38,185 nucleotides of DNA from positions 1 to 38,185 of the forward strand of contig NW_021835882.1 of NCBI RefSeq assembly GCF_006345805.1, written 5' to 3'. Positions within the stretch are counted from its first letter, which is position 1; each line of letters begins with the position of its first letter. The notes below the pieces were generated by a model. That model was not told where the DNA came from. It did no database searches and was given only the letters and a program-made list of their open reading frames with translations. This document shows, in pieces, positions 9,789 to 23,211 of this stretch. Source of the stretch: Octopus sinensis (Eukaryota). The position numbers and the translations under genes are program-made.

Positions 9789-10302
9789 GCCCTGATGCAG
9801 TACCAGACAGTGGCTCTCATAGCTTCTCATCTTAACTGATTGGAAGTTTTGTCATGTACATTGTTTTGTCTTGGTATAGAAGATGGACTACAAATCAATA
9901 CCACAGATTTACTTATCAGTTGCTTGACCTTAACCAGTTGAGTATGTTCCTTAGTGGCTGAGGATATGTGCATCTCTAATCATGAGTAGAAGCAGTGGGG
10001 GAGCATCATTGCTATCTTTGGGGTTTGAATAATTCACCTCTGGAAACATGGGTGTTTCGTTCAACATCCTTAAACAATCCTCTGAGCGGGACGGGTTACT
10101 CGACCTGAAGAAAATTCTAACTGGGCCCCACCTGCAATGTTATGCGTTGTTTATCTTGATATAAGATCACCAATGGGCGCAGATATGGTTGTGATGCATG
10201 TGCCTGGCGTACCTTTAGCAGACGGGTAGTCATGATGGGTATACTGAGCTTCATATATTTTACCCGTGTCATTTTGATGGCATGCCCTGCTCTCTCACTC
10301 AA
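9788..10302 (+). mobile_element. Family E repeat, near full length
   Basis: TGCCCTGATGCAGTACCAG ... CTCTCTCACTCAA, flanked by (TAA)n; reverse complement of 36635-37199. Confidence 0.88.
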
Positions 10303-10418
10303 TGATAACGATAATAATAATAATAATAATAATATAATAATAATAATAATATAATAATAATAATAATAATGATAATGATGATGATGATGATGATGATGAT
10401 GATAGGTATGTAGGTAGG

Positions 10419-10470
<52 letters not shown>
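10303..10470. repeat. Compound microsatellite (TAA)n-(GAT)n-(GATA)n
   Basis: Directly visible. Confidence 0.95.
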
Positions 10471-10472
<2 letters not shown>

Positions 10473-10730
10473 TGACAGGTTAGCTTGGGAGATTAAGCAG
10501 TTGTGGTCGATGTAAAAGGTGCTAGTATTACCAATAATTGCCAAAGCCCTGGAAACAGCGAGTAAAAATCTTGAGACGTATATGTTACGAATAAGGGCCG
10601 CAATGAGGGTGAAGCACTTGCAGAAAACAGCACTACTTGGAACCGCTCGAATACTCCGGATGGTGCTCGAAAAATAAAGGGTTTTACCTTAGTTCACTTG
10701 TAGTGAACATCTGACACCGTAGTACATTAG
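10471..10730 (+). mobile_element. Second R4/Dong 3' fragment with an in-frame stop
   Basis: My translation from 10471: YDRLAWEIKQLWSM*KVLVLPIIAKALETASKNLETYMLRIRAAMRVKHLQKTALLGTARILRMVLEK* (stop ends at 10677); homologous to 8652-8906. Confidence 0.85.
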
Positions 10731-11094
10731 AGTACTAATCAAGACATGAGTGTTGGCCAATATTTACATAGTGTACGACAGTAAAAAGATTAGGTGATAG
10801 TGATGTGGTCCTCTTGATACAGGGCGAGCTCTAGAGATAATCCGAGATTTCCCTGAGCACCAAGGGCAAGCACTTTCTCCAGTTCTGCTCCGATTCACAA
10901 CCATTCTTGCCACCCTTGCAACTTTCATCAAGCTCAAACGCGTATAAGCACAAAAACGCTTTCACGAGAACAAGCTGTTGATTTTCGCTTTCCTGTATAT
11001 GTTAGTATGATTGCGTATGTATATGCTTGAATTGAACGAATCTATATGTATGGGTGAATGTGTGTGTGTATGTATGTCTATATGTATGTACCTA

Positions 11095-11106
11095 ACTATA
11101 TATCTT

Positions 11107-11144
<38 letters not shown>

Positions 11145-11183
11145 CGTCAGCCTATCTATCTATCTATCTATCTATCCGTCAGC

Positions 11184-11263
<80 letters not shown>

Positions 11264-11275
11264 TTATCTATCTAT
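11095..11275. repeat. (TATC)n microsatellite with a duplicated CGTCAGCC interruption
   Basis: Directly visible. Confidence 0.95.
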
Positions 11276-11959
11276 TCCTCTATGTCAATTTCACTATTTT
11301 CAGTCTTTCTTTGTGTGTGTATGCATAAATGAATATATGTAAATACCTATGTACATGTATTGTGCCTTCCCTTATGTATTCCAGTATCTTCTATCAATTG
11401 TTAATACAGCGTGGGCTTCGGGTGATATGTATAAACGCCTAATTGCTACATTTTAGTGTGTGTGTATGTCTGCGTGTTTGCATGTAAACACTCTATGTAT
11501 GTTTGTATGTACATAAGTACGCATGACGCTCACGCATGCATACATACACATACTTAAAAATCCACGCAGATTGCTTCCCCTGTGGCAACAAACAGAATTC
11601 ATTCAGATCTGTTGCTGCTCAATTGGAAATGATGCCAGTTCGTTTGCGCGCTATCTACAGAGAAGAACGGAAGGAAATCCGGAGAGAAAGTAACTTTTTT
11701 AATTACTTGCGATATATAAATGTGTATGTGTGTGTGCGTGCGAGTGTGTGTTTAGAATTCACTGACAGCTCACACATTCTACTATTGTGTAGTGTCTTTC
11801 TACTATTGTCATTAATATTAAGACTTACCACCTACCCTGTAATAGAGAACATCCACCTACCACATCATTACTGGTAACATACTACTAAAGACACCCCCAG
11901 ACACACACACACACACTGCTTTCAATACCAGAAAGCACAGCTATAATCACTGCCATGAG

Positions 11960-12555
11960 AACTACTACTACCACCGTGATGACAACCATCACCACCACCA
12001 CCACCACCACCACTACCACTACTACTGCTGCTACTACTACTACTACTACTACTACCAATACGTTCTGTCACCTACGCAGGCATCAGCATTGCCATTAAAA
12101 TTTCGCTATCAATCACTACCATAAGCTGTAGCACCAAAATTATGTGTACCATAAATACACTACCGTCACCTTCTCCACCACTATCATTGTTATTAGTGAC
12201 ATAACTGCAAACCCCAAACCATCCACCACCAAAACCAGGACAGTACACACCTTCGCCCCGCCTCCACCAACATTATTATAATGATGGTCATTATCAAGTT
12301 CATTTCGTAGTCATCGTCAACACCACAACCGCCGTCGCCAACTTCATTGTTATTACCATCACAACGGCTATTACAATCATCACCATCGTCATAATCGTCA
12401 CCACAAACATCATCAATACTACCCCCTCCCCACACACCGCCACCAACATCATCATTATCACCACCAGCACCACCACTACCACCACCACCACCACCACCAT
12501 TACCACCGCCGCCGTCATCATTACCATCATCACCATCATCATCGTTGTCATCGGC
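11960..12555. repeat. Degenerate (CAC/TAC/CAT)n triplet low-complexity tract
   Basis: Directly visible; source of spurious poly-V/M ORFs. Confidence 0.85.
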
Positions 12556-12885
12556 AACCTCTGAATATTACAACACTCCCTAACTGATTTTCCGGTCGTT
12601 GTTGATCTTTCGTTATTCCACCACCTTACCTCGAAAAGGTTCGAGTTTAACATATCAATCTTAATTTTTACTTTTTATTTTATTTTATCTGTTTTAGTTT
12701 CGTTAAAGGTCATCTTATTATGAGAAAAATAAAGGGAATAATGAAGAGCGACAAAGTGACAGAAAGACAGAGTGGCAGAAAGAAAGAGAAGTAAGAGGGG
12801 AGGAATTACTGCATGTGTTAATTTAGGATGCTTCTTTTTGTTGCTTATGTAAGGGTCAGAAAAAAATTTTTTTCTGGTAAGTATA

Positions 12886-13304
12886 GGTGCAGGAGTGGCT
12901 GTGTGGTAAGTAGCTTGCTTGCCAACCACATGGTTCCGGGTTCAGTCCCACCGCGTGGCACTTTGGGCAAGTGTCTCCTACTATAGCCTCGGGCCGACCA
13001 AAGCCTTGTTAGTGGATTTGGTAGACGGAAACCGAAAGAAGCCCGTCGTATATATGTATATATGTACGTGTGTGTGTGTTTGTGTGTCTGTGTTTGTCAC
13101 CCCCCCCCCCCCAACATCGCTTGACAACCGATGCTGGTGTGTTTACGCCCCCGTAACTTAGCAGTTCGGCAAACGGGATATATAAAATAAGTATTAGGCT
13201 TACAAAAAATAAATCCTGGGGTCGATTTGCTCGACTAAAGGCGGTGCTCCAGCATGGACACAGTAAAATGACTGAAACAAGTAAAAGAGTAAAAGAGAAA
13301 AGAG
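12886..13304 (+). mobile_element. SINE family B, full length
   Basis: GGTGCAGGAGTGGCTGTGTGGTAAG head, GGTTCAGTCCC B box, (AGTAAAAG)n tail. Confidence 0.93.
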
Positions 13305-13334
13305 TACTACAGGAAGAGCACGCATCGTCAATAA

Positions 13335-13829
13335 CACATACACACACATACTTATTCACACACACTCACACATATACACACACACACAGTCTTATCCACA
13401 CAGAGACACTGATTCATATATGCGCATACACACACATATACGCACGTACATACATATACACGCACCCAGACACACCCGCACATAAATACAGACACACACA
13501 TATACACGTGTACACGCGCTCACATACATACACATACGTACAACATATACACACACTCAGTCTTATCTACACATAGAAACAGACACATACACATATATAC
13601 ACACGCACACTAATATGCGCATGCATGTACACACACCCAATCTTGATCACACAAGCACACACGCACACCCACACACACACACTCACTCAAATACACGCAT
13701 ACGCATGCGCGCACACTTAAAATTTTCATACATACATTTATATTCCCACACACATTCACTCTTATATGCCCCCCATACATACATATACACACACGCAAAT
13801 ATACATACATACATACATACATACATACA

Positions 13830-13863
<34 letters not shown>

Positions 13864-14063
13864 CATACATACATATATGCATGCATGCATACATACATAT
13901 ATACATACATATATGCATGCATGCATACATACATATATACATACATATATGCATGCATACATACATATATACATACATATATGCATGCATGCATACATAC
14001 ATACATATATGCATGCATACATACATACATACATACATGCATACATACATACATGCATACATA
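13335..14063. repeat. Mixed (CA)n/(CATA)n tract with short higher-order ATATATGCATGCATACATAC units
   Basis: Directly visible. Confidence 0.9.
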
Positions 14064-14372
14064 CAGTGGCGGACTGGCCAGGTTGCCAGCTTGCCCGGTG
14101 GCAAGTGGGCCCCTGCGCCATTAGAATCCACATATGGGGGCCCATGTTAGTATCTAAGGGGCCCATCCCCTAAAGTTTGAGAATTTTTTTTATTCACTAC
14201 TGGAAAATGTATCAACTATTTCAGCCTGGCTGTGTTTGTAGACAGTTTAAAAAAATACTTTTAACAAAAGAAAAAAAAAGTAAATGTAGTTGCGCGTGGG
14301 CCCCCTTGTAGTTGCGGGTGCCCCCCCCCTTAGTCTTCTGGCACCAATATTTTAAAATCCAGTCCGCCACTG
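14064..14372. mobile_element. hAT-type MITE, 309 bp
   Basis: Perfect 14-bp TIR CAGTGGCGGACTGG / CCAGTCCGCCACTG; 8-bp flanks CATACATA at 14056-14063 and 14373-14380 (TSD length ambiguous inside a microsatellite). Confidence 0.85.
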
Positions 14373-14469
14373 CATACATACATACATGCTTAAAAGAACA
14401 TAGATAAACACAAACTTAAGCACTCATACATACAAACACTTTTACACTCGTGTACATATTCACACTTAA

Positions 14470-14510
<41 letters not shown>

Positions 14511-14676
14511 TACGCCCACTTCCACGCCCATAGACACAATACACACACATACGCAACCCTGCTCACCCAAAACGAATATCAATGCTCTCTTTTTGTCTGC
14601 TAGAAAACAATGTTATGTACTTCCGTTGTTTTTTTGTCGTGAACCTGACATGTCCAATCATTTTATGAATGTCAAT

Positions 14677-14709
<33 letters not shown>

Positions 14710-14889
14710 ACAGATAAACAGGAAGACAAAAATGGACAAAACCTCTCACCCCCACCTCCCATACGCAAAATAAAGCCTTGTTTAATAATCTATTTATAAA
14801 ATGGAAAAGACAAATAAGAATGAGTGCCGTGATCTTATCCGTAAGTATCCCCACACAAGCAAAAATGACTACAGGATGACAACTAACCT

Positions 14890-14965
14890 CTACTACTACT
14901 ACTACTACTACTACTACTGTTACTACAACCACCTACACCACCACTACTGCCACTACCACCACCAC

Positions 14966-15037
<72 letters not shown>

Positions 15038-15090
15038 TAGTAGTAGTAATAGTAGTAGTAGTAGTAGTAGTTGTTGTTGTTGTTGTTGTT
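14890..15090. repeat. (ACT)n followed by (AGT)n/(AGC)n/(TTG)n triplet array
   Basis: Directly visible. Confidence 0.93.
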
Positions 15091-15280
15091 GCTGTAAATA
15101 GCGATTGGGGGCGGAGAAATTCCATGCTTTATAATAAAGTTTCGTATATCAATATATGGAGGCATGTTTCATCACGTTAAAGTTGTCGATTATGACACCG
15201 AATGCCATTCTATATAGATAATATTGATGAATAACATTGTAACACTCGAACACATGTCGTGTCAAGCAAGAAAAATAATG

Positions 15281-15625
<345 letters not shown>

Positions 15626-15636
15626 AGTAGATTTAA

Positions 15637-15854
15637 TTCGATTGCGGGTAACTTCACCGCCATCAAGTTCGCCGTTAGGGAAGTACGTCGCGAGGAAAGT
15701 TTATCGAAAATATATATCCATAGTATTTCAGCATTAATAGTTAAAACTATTTTATTGCAAAAAAAGAAAAAAGAAAAAAAAAAGAAAACGGTAAATTGGT
15801 GGCGGAGAACTTTCCCTGTGATAAATTGATGACGGGGAACTTACCGGACATGGA
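15637..15854. mobile_element. Possible decayed MITE between TTAA sites
   Basis: TTAA at 15633-15636 and 15855-15858; imperfect inverted motifs GGTAACTTCACCG and CGGGGAACTTACC near the ends, plus internal variants. Confidence 0.3.
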
Positions 15855-16211
15855 TTAATCCCTAGCAGAATTTAAACCTTAAAACGGCTTCATTATTTGC
15901 CACGAAATGACTGACGAAAAGGATATTACAAAGATGAAACACAAAAACGCGAACAGTGTTGGTGTGATGTATAATAACATCTAATGAAAAACGGAAGTTT
16001 TAAAACATGCACTACGTAGAAAATTAATGAACCAAAATATAAATGAAGAACTTACTTATTCATTCTGTAAATATGTTTTCATTCAGAATTTAATCCACAA
16101 CCAAGCGCATATTTTTTCAAATGCTTTCTTCAAAAGTATACTTTTGAGAATGCATCCGACGCCAACTTGTGAGTTGTGGATACTTGCTTATATATATATA
16201 TATATATATAG

Positions 16212-16273
<62 letters not shown>

Positions 16274-16611
16274 CAATAATAATAAGGGTAAACTTAATTA
16301 ATCAATTAATAATTAATAATTTTACCAAGTAGTTCGGTTTGTTAAAAGAACCATTGTCGGTAACCTTATACAAAAATTCTATAATTATAAGCATAATTAT
16401 AATTGGGGTTCAGCAAAAATTGCTTCACCACATGGCGAAATTTAGAAATAGAAGTTAAATACTATTCCACTACCATAAGATATCTCCCAGACAGCAATAT
16501 TTATTTAGCAAATTTTCTTGAGAACATTCCTTTCTTAATGGTAAGACCATAGGTGGTCGACTTCTAGCATATGGATGTCCACTTAGTGGTTATCCCTCTT
16601 ACATGTATATA

Positions 16612-16831
16612 TGGTCACTTGTCAGTGACGAGAGAGTCGAGGAGGAGGAGTAAGAGAGAGGGAACAGTGAAGGGGAGAGGAGAAGAATAGGAAAGGGTGG
16701 GAGAGAAAAACAGAGAGGATGAAGAACAAGAGAGGGAGAGAGAGAGATAGAAGAGTGCGCATCATAATTACTGTTCCCTCTCTCTTACTCCTCTCCCCCT
16801 CCTCGACTCTTTCGTCCCTGACACGTGACCA
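16612..16831. repeat. Inverted repeat with ~60-bp arms and a ~100-bp purine-rich spacer
   Basis: 16612-16668 versus the reverse complement of 16770-16831: about 3 substitutions and one 5-bp indel. Confidence 0.9.
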
Positions 16832-17158
16832 GAGGGACGCCATCTTTCCGACTGCTATCTTCACCAAGATAAGACTGCTTATCCTGTCTCTCTCATAATA
16901 AGCTGTCTCCTCAAGTGTTCAAAATAATTTTTCTATCGTCTTGGCTTAACAGACCTCATTGTTTGTTTTTACTGTGTTATTCTCTTAGTTCTGTCTTTTA
17001 CTGTTTTTACTTTTATTGTTTTTGCTGTCTTGTTTTGTTCTTACTTTCCTGTTCTTGTAACCACTTTTACCCCTCTGCAAAAAATCCCAGATTTTATTTA
17101 ATTTGCTTTGCGGGAAGGACTGTTTCAACGAAGTCGCGTCTTGTCCTTACCTTCGAAC

Positions 17159-17410
17159 CGCGGAGTAGACGAAACAGGGACAACTGAAGAAAGGGAATAT
17201 TCTTTGTGTTGTATGTCTTGTATTCTGTTTTTTCGTTGTTTAAAAAATAGTTCGTTTCCATGTTTTTGTTTTTATGTTTTCGTTTCTCATTGTGTTCAAC
17301 GTCTTTTTGATGTCCTGTACTCATATATGCATGTATATATGCACATATATGTAGGTATGTACATATGTATGTATATATGCATATATTTATATATTATATA
17401 TATATATATA
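17159..17410. mobile_element. Interspersed repeat family G, copy 1 (unclassified)
   Basis: CGCGGAG.AGACGAAACAGGGACAACTGAAGAA... is colinear with 33611-33862. Confidence 0.8.
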
Positions 17411-17499
17411 TTATATGCATGTATGTATTTTATAACTATGTATGCTATATAATATTTGCACGAATACATACATCCATAGATATACATGCATACATGTAG

Positions 17500-17543
17500 A
17501 TAGAAAGATAGCTAGCTAGTTAGCTAGCTAGCTAGCTAGCTAA

Positions 17544-17637
<94 letters not shown>
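17500..17637. repeat. (TAGC)n-(GATA)n microsatellite
   Basis: Directly visible. Confidence 0.95.
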
Positions 17638-17649
17638 GTGCGTGAATAT

Positions 17650-17754
17650 ATTCTTTCTGCTCTAGGCACAAGGCCTAAAATTTTACGGAAGGGGATAGTC
17701 GATCACATTGACTCCACTGCCACACTGAAACCCCTATAGGATTGAAGGCAAAGT
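17650..17754 (-). mobile_element. SINE A 3' fragment
   Basis: GGCACAAGGCCTAAAATTTT and GAAGGCAAAGT match the A tail and body in reverse. Confidence 0.6.
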
Positions 17755-18109
17755 AAACGTACATAAACGTATATAAAGACATCCATTATACGTACACACA
17801 CACACACTCACACACACACACACACACACACATACACACATACATATATATATAATCTGAACAGTATCAAGCAAAATTTTATATGCATCTCAGTAATTAT
17901 CTTGTCTGTCAGTGTTTGTTAATTCTATATTACTATGTTGTTGGATGCACTTAAAGAAAAACACATGGCTATTCTGTGGTTTCACTGTTTATATTTTCTA
18001 TAAGTTATTACGTAAGTTAGTTCTTAACTCAGGTGTTTAAAGAAAAGTCCTCATTCACTTCTATGGGTATTTTTAAAGATATATTTTCCCTTAAAGAAAT
18101 TTTACCTTC

Positions 18110-19150
<1,041 letters not shown>

Positions 19151-19599
19151 ATATGTCGTCGTCATCGTCGCCGTCGAAAAATAAAAGAACTTTCAGCTCT
19201 TCTGGATAAGGCTTTAATTGAGGGAGCATGACTTTTCCCATTCCTTCGGCACTTCAGAGCTTCATTTATACATCTAAGAGCTTCACAATGATTACAGAGG
19301 ATATTCATGAAACCAATGTTGTAACTTTCATTCATATGTTGACAGCTTTTTTTTCTTTTTTTAAATATTCTCCCTCATTTCCATTTGCTATTCTATCTTG
19401 AACTCGTCCTTTTAACTGTTGTCTAATACTCACTATATTCCCTTCTACGCTGCTCTCGTGCTTGTTCTAGTGATTCGGTCTTCTGCTTCTCTTAACATCT
19501 ATGCCTATGCCATCTCATTCTGTCTCTTGTTAGTTTAAGTCGTCTGTCATTCATATTTTATAAACAAATGTCAATTTTCAAGCGAGCAGACGATAAATA

Positions 19600-19965
19600 A
19601 TTACACTTCTGCGCATGCGTTAAATGACGGGTGTTATATAAAATTTAGTTCAATACAAAAAAAACAAAACACTTTTCACTATCTGATCACCACTATTACC
19701 ATCGTCACCATCATCACCACCAACATCACTATACTTTTTAGTAACAAAGCTCTAAGTTGTCTGCTATCGAAGAATATTTTCATTTCATTTGAGTTCAGTT
19801 GTTTACTTCGTATTTACTTTTCCTGCTGCTTGTAGACCTGACAATACAGAGTTCAAAGAACCAAAATCAAAAGCAAACAAAAAAAAATTAACATCCACAA
19901 ATATTTTGCTCGGATTTTCCACTTTCTGTCTCTGATATAGTTTATTTTCAAATCTAACGTAAGAT
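19600..19965 (+). promoter_or_regulatory. Speculative promoter or non-coding exon
   Basis: TGCGCATGCG (NRF1-like) at 19610-19619, TATATAAAA at 19635-19643, TCAGTT (Inr-like) at 19795-19800, donor-like GTAAGA at 19959. Motif evidence only. Confidence 0.2.
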
Positions 19966-20248
19966 TTCTTTCTTCCGTCTAGCCATAGATGCATTTGTCA
20001 ATGTGGATAGATAGATAAATAGATCGACAGACAGTAGATAAAAATCAAAATTGAATATCAAAATGTTATTATCTAGTCAGTCACAATAATATATGATGTT
20101 TAAAATTTCCCTTTGCTAAGCACTGAACTTTTTACCCATGTCATTTCCCTCTCACGTCATTATCATTTCTTTCTTTCTCTTTCTCTTCACCTCCCACTTC
20201 CACTAACCACGTAACAGCGTAACGTACTGGCTGCTGACAACGTCATTA

Positions 20249-20269
20249 CTCTCTCTCTCTCTCTCGCTC

Positions 20270-20336
<67 letters not shown>

Positions 20337-20360
20337 GTCTGTCTATTTATCTATCTACCT
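20249..20360. repeat. (CT)n-(TATC)n microsatellite
   Basis: Directly visible. Confidence 0.95.
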
Positions 20361-21146
20361 GCCTTTCTTTAACCTCACGACCAGTACATCACTCCTCTAC
20401 TAATCATAGTATATCTAACTCTCTTCTACATCTCTTCCTTCAACTAACTTTTTAACTACGTAATAACTATTACTTTCTCCCTACCTCACATTGTTAACAC
20501 ATCTCTCCCTCTTTTTCTCTCGCTCTTCACATATCCCTTCGACTAATCACGTTACAGCGTAACGCATTTGGCTAATAAATTAGACGTTAGACATATTTAG
20601 ACATTATTTCAATTAGACACTGAAGAATTTTTTCTAAGATGCTGCCCAATTCAATAAGTATAATAACATTAATAGCCCAACTCAAGAAACTGAACATTGA
20701 ATGAATTGAAGTCAAAATTGAACGGTTATTTTTCTTTGAAGTCTAGTTCATCTCTGTGTATGCAATAAATTTTTCTGTAGTCTTCTACAGAAAATTCTCT
20801 TTATTAACTAATATCTCTCATTTGTTTGTGTAAAGAGGTCTCAGCTTTTTTATGCAATCTAAGCATAGACATGTGAAATAAACGTGATTAATGGTACATT
20901 TGATATATTGGAAGGTCGCAGAAAAAGAATGACTTTTGTTGCCTGCTGCCTCAAGATGTTCTACATAGTTACATAATATTTGTAATCTTACTCATATATA
21001 TAATAAAATAAATTTGTAGGCTGAATACTGAATGTTAACGAAACTGCCAAAAAGATGGATGATAGCATCAAATATAAACTATATACAAAGGTTTGCTTCT
21101 TCCGAGGAAATCTGTATGAGGTGCTTTCAGTTGTCTTATTATAAAG

Positions 21147-21422
21147 ATAGTGGAGGCGCTTGGCTTAGTGGTTCGGATGTTGTTAGCAGTTAGGCACTTT
21201 GCTTAGTGGTTCATGATCGTATGGTTGTGATTTCGATTCAGGGGCCAGGCGACGCGCTGTATTCTTGAGCAAGACACTTCATTTCACTTTGCTCCAGTTC
21301 ACTCAGCTGGCAAAAATGAGTAATCCTGCGACGGACCGGCGTCCCATCCAGGTGGGGAGTATATATGCCATGGAAACCGGCCCTATGAGTCTTCATGACT
21401 CGAGAAAGAACTTCGCACTTCA
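21147..21422 (+). mobile_element. C-headed SINE with CORE-like and V-like modules, 12-bp TSD
   Basis: TSD CTTATTATAAAG at 21135-21146 and 21423-21434; CCTGCGACGGACCGGCGTCCCATCCAGGTGGGGA module shared with 28302-28599; duplicated GCTTAGTGGTTC in the head. Confidence 0.88.
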
Positions 21423-22132
21423 CTTATTATAAAGGAAATTTGTTAGGGGAATAGAAACAGCAGCTTAAAATTTTTGCAGTCCTTCTTAGACTGGTAATAT
21501 CGGTATAATTGAAGCTTAAACTTATAATCAGCCGAAAATCAGTCGGAAAAAAAGCGAAGGCGAGGAGAAAGTGAGTTTTGATCTCACCCAAGTGAGATCG
21601 ATCCGTTGACGATAAACTGAATGTGTTACACCTGCCTTTATAATAGACGGTCTATAATATTTAGACAGTCACTCTATGTTTCTTGTTAAATACATCTGGG
21701 TTAGTATCAGGGCAAAATTTGAAGATCGCAATAGGGTTACTTATTCGGATCCTATTAAAATCTGGCAAAATGAACTCTTAAAAAAAAAAACAAAGAAAAA
21801 AACCAATTCCGTCGAAATGATTCTTAAATTCGCAGATAAGGTATAAATGTTTATCATCTATACATCCAGCTTGATCAATATATTACTTAGAGACCGTGTA
21901 TAAAATCAACGATATAAAGAATTATATTCCATTCAACAGATGAACAAAACTTATTTCCAATTCCATCTGGCTTCTTTGAATAATCTTCAGTCTTTTCACA
22001 TATACATTTAGTCTTTTAGGTGAGGTTTTAAAAAGAACAATTCCCAACTAGTTCCTTTTCAGATCAATATCTCCAAATGTACACATGTGAGTATATTTAC
22101 GCAAACATCTGCTTTCCTCCGCCTTTCTATTT

Positions 22133-22135
<3 letters not shown>

Positions 22136-22196
<61 letters not shown>

Positions 22197-22341
22197 GCTC
22201 GCTCGCTCGTTCATACAGCTCTTTTCTTCCTCTATCACTCGACGCACTCACCATTTATGTTTCTATGTCTATATATGTGCATACACACACACATATATAC
22301 ATATATATTATGTATGTATTATATATGTATTTTCCTATCAC

Positions 22342-22410
<69 letters not shown>

Positions 22411-22488
22411 CATATATATATATATACATATATACATATATATATATACATATATATACATATATATATATATATACATATATATACA

Positions 22489-22520
<32 letters not shown>

Positions 22521-22531
22521 CATATATATAC

Positions 22532-22607
<76 letters not shown>

Positions 22608-22705
22608 CTATATACATATATATATATATAAAAATTTATATATATATGTATACATGCATATATATCTATATATATGTGTGTGTGTGTATATATATATGTA
22701 TATAT
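22136..22705. repeat. (TC)n and long (TA)n/(TATACA)n arrays
   Basis: Directly visible. Confidence 0.95.
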
Positions 22706-23211
22706 AAACATATATTAACATCGTCATCATTATTACTCATGAATTAAAATGTTATTTAACAAATAATTTAAATGATTACAGCTGATTCTAGACTGTTGTT
22801 AGAAAATACATAATCAGAGGGGAATTACTTCTGGAGAGCAGCAACGACTTCAACAACAACAGCAACAACAGCCATTGACAATGATTATAAGAACAACTTC
22901 ATCATCAATAGCAATGGCTGCTGTTATAAACGCAGTTGTGAACAAATAACTTCCAAATGAATAACGAATAACATGAAAAACAATAACAACGGTAGACAAA
23001 TAAGAATAAAATGAAAAATAATGAAATAAAATCATCGCTAAAGACATAAAAAATAACTAGTTCCAACAAAATTCATGAAATAATAATAACAACAATAACA
23101 TCAACTATGAGAACGGAATTATTTCTTTCAACAACTATTAGCAAAATTAATAGGAATAGCCACAAAATAAGGTTAGCAGCATCACCTAAGGCAATAATAG
23201 CTACAGGTGCA

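Noticed and set aside
10790-10980. Possible L1/Tx1-type LINE 3' end on the minus strand
   Set aside because: Only a vague resemblance (KVARVARMVVN); too short and decayed to support without a search.
11568-11700. Possible plus-strand exon (CAG...GTAACT)
   Set aside because: No polypyrimidine tract, weak donor and no recognisable peptide in any frame.
12625-12800. Possible minus-strand exon ending at AG|GTAAGG
   Set aside because: The candidate exon is A-rich, has a stop in the ATG frame and has no supporting partner exon.
17170-17205. Plus-strand hammerhead from GAAAC...CTGAAGA in family G
   Set aside because: Only 9 nt separate GAAA and CTGA, leaving no room for helix III, the NUH triplet and helix I.
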